Shown here one piece after another: positions 8,007-15,090 of a stretch of DNA of 32,000 bases. The stretch is from positions 1,350,001-1,382,000 of the forward strand of contig NZ_AP028907.1 in NCBI RefSeq assembly GCF_036323395.1, in the 5' to 3' direction. Numbering within the stretch: the stretch's first letter is position 1; each line of letters starts with the position of its first letter. Position numbers and translations under genes: made by a program. Under the pieces are notes generated by a model. That model ran no database searches. It was not told the DNA's origin and worked only from the letters and a program-made list of their open reading frames with translations. The stretch is from Pyrodictium abyssi (GTDB taxonomy: Archaea; Thermoproteota; Thermoprotei_A; Sulfolobales; Pyrodictiaceae).

Positions 8007-9257
8007 TTGGTACCCGTACCCCGTGTTTGCTGTAGCCTTGCTGTAGCCGTGTTCATTGTTATGGCCGGTCTTGTTCCGGCTGCTTGGGCCGCGGGTCTCG
8101 ATAGGGTGTTGTATGTGGCTACTGATAGCTATGATGCTGCTTTCCTCGAGGCGTTTCTAGGCTACTATAACGCTACGGCTAGGCTGGTCTACTTCCTGAA
8201 CAGCAGCCGTGTCCTGGATGAGCTAGAATGCGGCCCAAGCGATGTACTAGTTCTCTTGGATCCCAATATAGACGATACGGGACTTGCCCATAATGCTAGC
8301 GAGCGCATAGCTAGGCTCCTGGTTGACGGCTGCACCGTGGTGGCTACCCATAATGGGCTGGCTCTCTTGAATCTCACACTCACCGAGCTGGGCTATGTGG
8401 TGCACTCGGTAGACAACGTGACCGTCACCATGCCTGGCTACAATACTACGAAGTACAGGTATGCCTACTTGGTCACGCCCGACGGTAGAGTCCTCAACAC
8501 TACTGTGTGGTCTATAGAGGTTGGGAAAGGGAGACTCGTGGGCGTGGCTCTGAACGTTGTCTGGGCCTATGCCGATACGAGGAACACTACGTACCTGGAA
8601 CTGCTCTACAGCGCCCTTCAGGAGGCACTCAGCTCTCCTCCACGACCAGGCGTGGGCACCGCAGCTACAGCGGTGGGGGTGGCTGTTGCCGGCTCAGCTG
8701 CAGCGACTCTAGCGTCTTCGCGGGCGTACACACGAGCAGGCACGCCTAGAGGGGGCGGGGGAGGCGGGCACACGGGTAGGAGCGGTGGGCTAGGCGGCAC
8801 CGGGGGCGCAGGAGAGCCGGAAGACGCGCTTGTGGTTGCTCCTCTACGTGTAAAGACAGAGCCCAGTGAGATGCTCGAGCATCCTCTGAGGGCGCGTATG
8901 CTCCAGGTTCTCCGCGAGCGCGGGGCTGTACACCATAACGAGCTTATGCGTGTGCTCGGTGTCTCTAAGGCCACGCTCCGGTGGCACCTCTATATGCTGC
9001 TCCGTGGAGGCTACATAGGGTCCCTCCGGTACAAGAAGTACCTGGTATACTTCGCGAGAGGCCGCGAGCTCGATGCCATCCGGAGCCTGGCGGCCCGGGA
9101 CGAGCAGTTCTGCGGCATCCTCCAGGGGCTCGCAGAGGGAGTCCCTCTTGAGGTCCTCTCGCGCCGCTATCGTGTCAGCGTGAAGGGGCTCCAGGATCTC
9201 AGCGAGCTTGTTAAGAGGCTGGACGGCAAGCTTACCGATGTATGTAGGGAGGCCTAG
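8007..9257 (+). CDS. Membrane-tethered one-component regulator: signal/TM, ~180-aa N-glycosylated ectodomain, Ala/Gly-rich TM, Gly-rich linker, cytoplasmic ArsR-like wHTH plus helical tail
   Basis: N-terminus CSLAVAVFIVMAGLVPAAWA. Eight N-x-S/T sequons in the ectodomain. VGTAATAVGVAVAGSAAATLASS followed by RGGGGGGHTGRSGGLGGTGGAG. wHTH LEHPLRARMLQVLRERGAVHHNELMRVLGVSKATLRWHLYMLLRGGYIGSLRYKKYLVYF. TTG start as in the ORF track. Confidence 0.8.
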   Translation: MVPVPRVCCSLAVAVFIVMAGLVPAAWAAGLDRVLYVATDSYDAAFLEAFLGYYNATARLVYFLNSSRVLDELECGPSDVLVLLDPNIDDTGLAHNASERIARLLVDGCTVVATHNGLALLNLTLTELGYVVHSVDNVTVTMPGYNTTKYRYAYLVTPDGRVLNTTVWSIEVGKGRLVGVALNVVWAYADTRNTTYLELLYSALQEALSSPPRPGVGTAATAVGVAVAGSAAATLASSRAYTRAGTPRGGGGGGHTGRSGGLGGTGGAGEPEDALVVAPLRVKTEPSEMLEHPLRARMLQVLRERGAVHHNELMRVLGVSKATLRWHLYMLLRGGYIGSLRYKKYLVYFARGRELDAIRSLAARDEQFCGILQGLAEGVPLEVLSRRYRVSVKGLQDLSELVKRLDGKLTDVCREA

Positions 9258-10569
9258 AGAGGCCTTGGAGGGTTTTAGCTACCTAGCGCACGAGCTGTCC
9301 TGGTGGCCAGTGTTCCTCCGGGGTCTCTTGTACTACCTCCTGGTAGCCATACTCGTCGCTGGCCAGGCAGTTATGAGCGTCTACGCGGCCTGGTACATTG
9401 CGTCGTTTATGGAGTACTTGGTCTGGAGGCGGCAGAGGCCCAGACTCGAGCCCATGTGGGAGGGGCCGCTGGTGGCTGTAGTTGTTCCTGTGTACAACGA
9501 TTATGAGGTCCGCTCCTCCCTGGAGGCCCTCGTGAAGCAGAAGTATAGGCCATACCTTGTAGTTATTGTTGATGATTCAAGCGACTTTGGGCTTGTCGCC
9601 GATCTCTCTAACCATGCGCTGAGAAGCGGTGGCAAGGTTATCCACCTCCGCCGCCATGGCCGGAGGGGTCTTAAGGCAGGGGCGTTGAACGACGCTATAG
9701 ACCTGCTCGAGAAGTATAGGCCAAAGTACGTGGTGTTCTTCGACGCCGACTTCGAGCCCCCGCCCGACACGCTGGCCAGGCTCGTAGCCTATGCCGAGCG
9801 CTTCGACGCCGACATAGTGCAGGGGTATCAGAGGCACGTAAAGGGCTCAGAGACACTGTTTGGGCTCGTATATCGTGCGAGCCAGGGAGGAGCTATAGTA
9901 AACATGATTGGCCGCATGATGATGAGCATGATGCCCATATTCACTGGTTCCTGCGCGCTCATCCGCTACGACCTGCTCTATGAGACCCGGTTCCGCGAGG
10001 GGAGCATCTCTGAGGACTGGAGGTGGACTATCGATGTACTCCTGGAGAGGGAGCGTCTCCGCTACATAGCGGTGGACGAGGTATACGCTAACGGTAGCGT
10101 GCCGAAGAGCCAGAGGGCGTTTATAAGGCAGCAACTCCGCTGGTCTAGCGGCACCCTATACGAGACACTATGCACGCTCCTAGACTTCATGTCCGCGAGG
10201 CTGCCGCTGGGCGTGAAGGTGGGCTACCTGCTCCAAGGGTTGTTCTACAGCCAGGGTCTCTGGGTGTACCTTACGGTCCTCTCCTCGCTGCTGCTAGCCC
10301 AGCTCTACGGCGTGGACCTCCAAAGCTACGTTTGGCCCCTGGGGCTCTACGTGTGGCTCCTAGGGATAGAGACCGCCATACTCGCTGGCGCGCTCATCGA
10401 GCGGTACACCCCGAGGCAGATACTCTCGACAGCTGTAGCGACCCTGGCTATGATATACTACGTGGCTGCCACCCATGCGTATGGGACGCTTATAGCCTTA
10501 CTAGGAGAGACAGCCTCGTGGCGGGTCACCGGGAAGAGGGGTAGCTATGAGGCAGAGTACCAGGATTAA
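9238..10569 (+). CDS. Integral-membrane processive family-2 glycosyltransferase (cellulose/chitin/PNAG/hyaluronan-synthase-like beta-glycan synthase)
   Basis: Motifs VVVPVYNDYE, VIVDDSSD, GLKAGALNDA, VFFDADFEP (DxD), SISEDWRW ((S/T)ED) and RQQLRWSSG (QxxRW). There are 1-2 N-terminal and about 4 C-terminal TM helices. I chose ATG 9238, which lies 20 nt inside the upstream ORF, over the 9208 alternative start. Confidence 0.9.
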   Translation: MYVGRPREALEGFSYLAHELSWWPVFLRGLLYYLLVAILVAGQAVMSVYAAWYIASFMEYLVWRRQRPRLEPMWEGPLVAVVVPVYNDYEVRSSLEALVKQKYRPYLVVIVDDSSDFGLVADLSNHALRSGGKVIHLRRHGRRGLKAGALNDAIDLLEKYRPKYVVFFDADFEPPPDTLARLVAYAERFDADIVQGYQRHVKGSETLFGLVYRASQGGAIVNMIGRMMMSMMPIFTGSCALIRYDLLYETRFREGSISEDWRWTIDVLLERERLRYIAVDEVYANGSVPKSQRAFIRQQLRWSSGTLYETLCTLLDFMSARLPLGVKVGYLLQGLFYSQGLWVYLTVLSSLLLAQLYGVDLQSYVWPLGLYVWLLGIETAILAGALIERYTPRQILSTAVATLAMIYYVAATHAYGTLIALLGETASWRVTGKRGSYEAEYQD

Positions 10570-11056
10570 CACCTTCTACAAGATACTACTCATGTTCCTA
10601 GTACTCACGGCAGCCCTTGAGGCACTCGTAGAAACTGTAGGCAGGCATATTATACAGCTAGAGGCAGACATGATAATGGTTGTCCTCGGCGCTGTCGGCG
10701 TAAAGGCCTTGTCCACTGCCCCTGGCACCGTAGCCATTATAGGAGACAGGGAAGTCGTAACCCTAGTGCTTACCGACGAGTGCATCGGAGTCTACTCGCT
10801 CGCCGTTTACGCGGGTCTAGTACTGCTTACGCCACTCGCGGGTAGCCGTAACAAGGCATACGCGCTCTCCTTTGGGCTCCCTCTACTATTCCTGATAAAC
10901 ACAGCCCGTATAGCCCTTGCAGGCCTTGTAGCCGCCCACCTGGGTGGCCCGTGGTTCCGAATAATCCATGACGTAGTGGGCAGCAGCACCATGCTGCTTG
11001 CCGTGACCCTTATATGGCTAAGATGGATAAGCCGCGCCCTCAGCGTGGATACATAA
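10547..11056 (+). CDS. Minimal (169 aa) exosortase/archaeosortase-family membrane protein
   Basis: Four to five TM helices. The family landmarks are in canonical order and spacing: LTDEC(79)IGVYSL, then FLINTAR(121)IALAG, then RIIH(141)DVVGSS. The ATG lies 23 nt inside the GT2 ORF, which indicates translational coupling. Confidence 0.7.
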   Translation: MRQSTRINTFYKILLMFLVLTAALEALVETVGRHIIQLEADMIMVVLGAVGVKALSTAPGTVAIIGDREVVTLVLTDECIGVYSLAVYAGLVLLTPLAGSRNKAYALSFGLPLLFLINTARIALAGLVAAHLGGPWFRIIHDVVGSSTMLLAVTLIWLRWISRALSVDT

Positions 11057-11203
11057 GCTAAACCCGGTACGCCCTACAGAGCCGGCACAAGCCCCCTCTA
11101 GCCGAGACGTCCTACAATACACGGTGTCTAGTATACAACACACTATAGCCCCGTACGCAAGGGAAATTCTTATTAGCTAGTTGCGCAACATTTATTACCC
11201 TGG

Positions 11204-11743
11204 ATGAGGGAGATGCGTTACCAGACACTAGCTCTCCTAGGCATAATAGCATCGGCTGCTGCTCTCGCCCTGCTAGCTGGCTTCGCCACTACCCAGAGCC
11301 CGCTAAGCAGCTTCTACGCCACCGGCACAGCACAAGCAGTAAGCGAGCCAATAGATGTGAAAGTGATAGGTGACCTCCAGATAAAGCCTGCTGCTGGTGC
11401 GCAGGGTAAGACCAGTGAGGTACAGTGGCTTAACATAACCAAGTATACCGATGTAAATGTTGTAAAGCTGAAGGTGAAGATAGCTAACGCTGCTCAGCTA
11501 AAGCCCTACTTCAAGTACCTACGGCTTGTGCTAAAGAGTGCTGACAGCAACGAGGTAAAGGCCGTGCTAAGCCTCAAGAAGCCTAGTGCGGTGATAGTAC
11601 TAGATGAGGAGGACTTCAGTACCAATGCTGGTAATGCAAATGACTGTATCATAAACGTGACTGCCTACTATGAGGCTAAGGAAGGTATGCTGTTCGACAG
11701 CCTACCAGTAATACTTAACTTCCAGGTACTAAGCGTCAGCTGA
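11204..11743 (+). CDS. Secreted Can-like (cannula subunit family / donor-strand jelly-roll fibre subunit-like) protein, 179-aa precursor
   Basis: Sec-type signal LALLGIIASAAALALLAGFA|TTQSPLSSFYATGTAQAVSEPIDV. It shares blocks with two other ORFs in the window. The C-terminus is AYYEAKEGMLFDSLPVILNFQVLSVS. From memory it closely resembles Pyrodictium abyssi CanA (unverified). TATA-like elements lie at 11165-11198 and an oligo-T tract follows downstream. Confidence 0.8.
   Translation: MREMRYQTLALLGIIASAAALALLAGFATTQSPLSSFYATGTAQAVSEPIDVKVIGDLQIKPAAGAQGKTSEVQWLNITKYTDVNVVKLKVKIANAAQLKPYFKYLRLVLKSADSNEVKAVLSLKKPSAVIVLDEEDFSTNAGNANDCIINVTAYYEAKEGMLFDSLPVILNFQVLSVS
11264..11340 (+). repeat. Copy 1 of a 77-nt near-identical block shared by the two Can-like genes (end of signal peptide plus mature N-terminus)
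   Basis: 75/77 nt identical to 13991-14067; mismatches only at 11305 and 11307. A second block, 11477-11519, matches 14201-14243 at 41/43 nt. Confidence 0.9.
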
Positions 11744-11792
11744 AGCCGCGGAATAAGGCGCGGACGAGATAAGGGTCGCATTTCATCTATAG

Positions 11793-11837
11793 TATTTTCT
11801 GCTTTTAATTTCAATTTCCTTATTTCCTTCTTCTCTT
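11793..11837 (+). terminator. Oligo-T / pyrimidine-rich archaeal terminator region after the Can-like gene
   Basis: tattttctgcttttaatttcaatttccttatttccttcttctctt lies in an AT-rich non-coding stretch. A short hairpin ccgcg-N8-cgcgg sits just after the stop codon. Confidence 0.4.
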
Positions 11838-12132
11838 GTAGCGCGGGGTTACGGTTCCTAATTGCTGCCGCTCGCTCATCCGTGATAAGTGCCGGATCAA
11901 AGCGTTAAGAGGCAACGGGAGTTTATGGGGTAAGGGCTCTAGGGACTAAATATTTTACTTTATCATTTCGACCTCTGCATCACTACATCACCAGCTTGTA
12001 GCCCTGTCTCCCGCATCTAGGCTAGCGTCCCCTTCTCGGCAGGACGGTGGGCCAGCCATCTGGGGCAATAGGCTATTGGATGGTTCCGCCACTGGCTTGG
12101 GGCTGATGCGAGCCGGTCAGCCGCTGAAGGCT

Positions 12133-12167
12133 TGGAGGCCATCGACTCTGTGCAAGGATGGCCTCCA
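12133..12167. other. Perfect 11-bp stem / 13-nt loop hairpin within a 330-bp apparently non-coding, structure-rich spacer
   Basis: tggaggccatc (12133-12143) pairs with gatggcctcca (12157-12167). Further hairpins lie nearby (ccagcg-N8-cgctgg). The decamer gcttggaggc occurs twice, 56 nt apart. Confidence 0.5.
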
Positions 12168-12350
12168 GCAGGGCGTATGCACGAGCTTGGAGGCGGTACG
12201 TGCAGTGCTTGACCGTTGGCCAGCGCCTGGAGACGCTGGCAGAGGAGCACGGCGTCTAACCAGCTACAGGAGGCTACTGCCCGTGGGACGCACGCAATCG
12301 GGCTGACGAGTTGTTCGACATTTGTGCCAACTGGTTGAGAGGTGGGCGGC

Positions 12351-12845
12351 CTAGTCTGCCCCTCTCCTCTTCACCATGGAGGCTATCTCCCTTACCAGCC
12401 TTTCCACCCTCCTGTAGGCCGTTGTGACGTCCTTTTCGGCGCACCAGCCTTCGTAGAAGCAGGTGTGCATCTCGTTGCCCGCGGCCCAGGCGTCGCTGAC
12501 CCATTCTCCTAGCTCTTTTTCGAGCACCCTCTTGTACATCCATAGCTCCCGGTGGCTGGTGAGCCTCTTGCCGCCCCTCCACCACGCGTAGGCCTTCACG
12601 GCCAGCGCAGCAGCGCCCCAAGCCTTCCCGGCAGCCTGCCTCACGTCGCCCCTCTCCAGCTCCTCGCGGGCCTACCCGAGAAGAGCTGTGGCGGCCTCCA
12701 CGTACTCCAGAGCCTTATCCTTCGGGTCCAAACCCTGGCTGAGAAGCTCCGCCACGTACTCGTCGACGCTAACCCCTAGCCTCCCAGCCTCCTCCCAGAC
12801 GCGCCGGGCGAGGCGGCCACGGACAACGATAACTGGCTGGTCCAA
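12351..12845 (-). pseudogene. PaREP1-family protein (RHH-like N-terminus plus PaREP1/HEPN-like helical domain) interrupted by an in-frame TAG
   Basis: The downstream ORF (12351-12644) reads RQAAGKAWGAAALAVKAYAWWRGGKRLTSHRELW...FYEGW, a PaREP1 signature. The same frame continues upstream through a TAG at 12672-12674 into (TTG 12845) DQPVIVVRGRLARRVWEEAGRLGVSVDEYVAELLSQGLDPKDKALEYVEAATALLG*AREELERGDV... Confidence 0.65.
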
Positions 12846-13106
12846 ACCTGGCCGCCACTCAGCGCTTATTATACTCGAGTACTGCTAGCTTTAACTTCGT
12901 CTCTCGGGCTTGCGGGACCCCGGGTACGCTATGTGGGCTTGTGATACACAGGGTAGATGATTGGCAGCGAGATGGCTGTGGGCCCGGAGGTGCCCCGTGG
13001 AGAGGCAGCAGCACACGGTCAAGGGCTTCTCTGCGGTTGCTCTTATAGCGTGCTACCCGGGTGTGCTCTAGGTAGGGGTTCTCGGTCTGTGTCTCTCAGC
13101 GGTGGT

Positions 13107-13673
13107 GTGGACCGGAGGGCTCTCGGGGAGGCGCTGCTGGAGCTGCTTGAGGAGGACCGGGAGTTCCGCCACGCTGTGATGGGGCTGCTGGGCTACCGCG
13201 AGGTACTGGAGAGGATAACCAGGCTTGAGGAGCGGTTCGCGAGACTAGAGGAGAGGTTCGCCAAGCTGGAGGAGGAGTTCCTGGAGCTGCGGAGGGCCCA
13301 GCAACGCCTCGAAGAGAGGCAGCAGCGCCTAGAGGAGAGGCAGCAGAAGCTAGAGGAGCACGGTATGGAGGAGCGGCGTGTGCAGAGGCTACGCTACGTG
13401 GACGCCGATGGGAGGTTCATAGCGCCGGGGGCTACGCTAGAGATAGACGTCTACATAAATGAAGGCGATGTATGGCTGGTGGAGGTGAAGAGCTACGTCG
13501 AGGCAGACGACGTCACATGGTTCTACGAGAAGACACGGATAGCGGAGAAGGTCCCCGGCCGGAGACCCTCCCGCAGGATAATGCTCGCAGTAGAGGCCAC
13601 AAAGGCCGCCGCGAGGGCCGCGGAGGCGCTAGGTGTAGAGCTGCTCGCCGACAAGATAGTAGAAGAGGAGTAG
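13107..13673 (+). CDS. Coiled-coil plus PD-(D/E)XK nuclease-fold protein (archaeal repetitive family)
   Basis: Heptad repeats RLEERFARLEERFAKLEEEF...RLEERQQRLEERQQKLEEH are followed by LEIDVYINEGDVWLVEVKSY (the D...E-x-K core). The start is uncertain. The ORF track begins at 12957, but residues 1-50 look non-coding, so GTG 13107 is proposed. Confidence 0.65.
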   Translation: MDRRALGEALLELLEEDREFRHAVMGLLGYREVLERITRLEERFARLEERFAKLEEEFLELRRAQQRLEERQQRLEERQQKLEEHGMEERRVQRLRYVDADGRFIAPGATLEIDVYINEGDVWLVEVKSYVEADDVTWFYEKTRIAEKVPGRRPSRRIMLAVEATKAAARAAEALGVELLADKIVEEE

Positions 13674-13939
13674 AGCAATACTCCTCCATAGACCTCTATG
13701 AAGCTTCTTTCTCAGCATGTCTTGTCCAGCACTCTAGGGCTTAGCCGGCTCTCCGGTTCTCATCCACACTATCCGCTGATCCTAGGGTCTCCACCCCACA
13801 TCTCTGCGAAGGATTCTTAGAGCCTCCCAGCGAGAGGAGGCCACATCAAAACACCTATGCCAAACCGCAGAAATATTCTAGGACATATTTTTGAGGCCAC
13901 GAAAACCACTCCTAGATATGATAGAGCAGAGTGCCCGCT

Positions 13940-14890
13940 ATGAGGCCTACGGCTCTGGCTCTGGCTGGCATCGTGGCCTCGGCTGCCGCCCTCGCCCTGC
14001 TAGCTGGCTTCGCCACTACCCAGAGCCCGCTCAACAGCTTCTACGCCACCGGCACAGCACAAGCAGTGCAAGAGCCAATAGACGTAGAAAGCCACCTAGA
14101 CACAGCAATAGCTCCCGCCGCCGGGGCGCAGGGAGCCAAGGACATGGGCTACGTAGTAGTACCGGTAGGCAGCCAGGTAGACGACGTAAAGCTCCTAGTA
14201 AAGATAGCTAACGCTGCACAGCTGAAGCCCTACTTCAAGTACCCCATGCTACAGATAACAAGCAAGTACGAGATACGAGAAAATGACACAGTGGTTGTGG
14301 AGGTGCGTTTGAGTAATTCGGTGAACCGGATATAGTATAGGGGGTAGCGACGACACTGTAGTAGTGCAGACTAAGGAGTACTTGCCTTGGTCTGGCTGTA
14401 GGAACATAACGGTGGTTGATGAAGAGGATAGTGACGGGGATTGGGCCCTGGTGGAGGTATGCAGCGATAGGGGTAGCGGCGGGAACGCAATGAATGCTAC
14501 TATCTATAGCCTCGGGTTCACCAGCACTAGTGGCACATGGTATCTATTAGAGCCCGTCAGAACGGGCAACATAAACATATCCGGCATACTAAGAGTGGAC
14601 AACACGGTAGTTTGGAAGGAGGCTGCCGATGATAGTTATAGCGAGGTTAAGGCTGTGCTTAGCCTCTGGAAGCCCAGTGCTGTGGTTATCCTCGATGCCG
14701 AAGATATAGTAGAGATTGAGCACGGCTGTGATAAGGGCGTGTTCCTTGACAAGAACGGTTGATAGCTGGCCCTGGTATGGACTGGAAGGGTGCTGTCCTG
14801 GCTCTGAAAGCGTTCTACGAGATCCGTGAAGGCGCATTGTTCGACAGCCTACCGATAATCCTTAGCATAGAAGTACTGAATACCAGCTAG
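13940..14890 (+). pseudogene. Second Can-like gene, larger paralogue with a ~130-aa insertion, split into three ORFs by a +1 and then a -1 frameshift
   Basis: ORF a (13940-14335): signal plus ATTQSPLNSFYATGTAQAVQEPIDV...AQLKPYFKY. ORF b (frame +1, open 14325-14762) contains EVKAVLSLWKPSAVVILDAEDIV. ORF c (back in the original frame, open 14750-14890) reads KGAVLALKAFYEIREGALFDSLPIILSIEVLNTS*. All three pieces are collinear with the intact 11204 gene. Confidence 0.75.
13991..14067 (+). repeat. Copy 2 of the 77-nt near-identical Can N-terminal block
   Basis: See 11264-11340; the offset is 2727 nt, so the two copies are in the same reading phase. Confidence 0.9.
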
Positions 14891-15090
14891 CCGCTGAGGC
14901 AAGCCTTCAAGTGATCTCATGCCAAGGGCTACTTAGTTGCTGCGGGCCACCATAACCGTATGGGGCTACATCTTCGCGGAAGCCTATACGCAGAGGTGTG
15001 CCGCGTCTCTGGCATCCCTGGATGCTGGCGCGGGGAGACTGGCTTCTTTAGCCTACGTGTGGCCGTGCCGGGACACCGGGGAGGCTATGC

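Noticed and set aside
916-12674. In-frame TGA (916-918) and TAG (12672-12674) as selenocysteine or pyrrolysine recoding sites.
   Set aside because: The TGA aligns with Gln in the paralogue, inside an ORF that also lacks a start codon. The TAG lies in a linker of a repetitive-family gene. No SECIS-like element was noticed. Neither gene family is known to use Sec or Pyl, and crenarchaea are not known to encode the machinery.
12957-13106. First 50 codons of the 12957-13673 ORF.
   Set aside because: The sequence (MIGSEMAVGPEVPRGEAAAHGQGLLCGCSYSVLPGCALGRGSRS...) has no coiled-coil or domain character and probably represents the promoter/5' region shared with divergent PaREP1. GTG 13107 is proposed as the start, but this remains uncertain.
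13221-13367. 21-nt periodic tandem repeats that could be mistaken for a minisatellite or degenerate CRISPR-like array.
   Set aside because: They are in frame and encode heptad repeats of a coiled coil (RLEERFA / RLEERQQ). There are no spacer-repeat alternation and no leader. No CRISPR array exists anywhere in the window.
14325-14760. Programmed ribosomal frameshifting as the explanation for the split Can-like gene.
   Set aside because: Neither junction window contains a slippery heptamer (X XXY YYZ or A-rich run) or an obvious downstream stimulatory hairpin. Two opposite shifts in one gene would be unprecedented. Decay or sequence error is more parsimonious, so this is kept as a finding for verification only.
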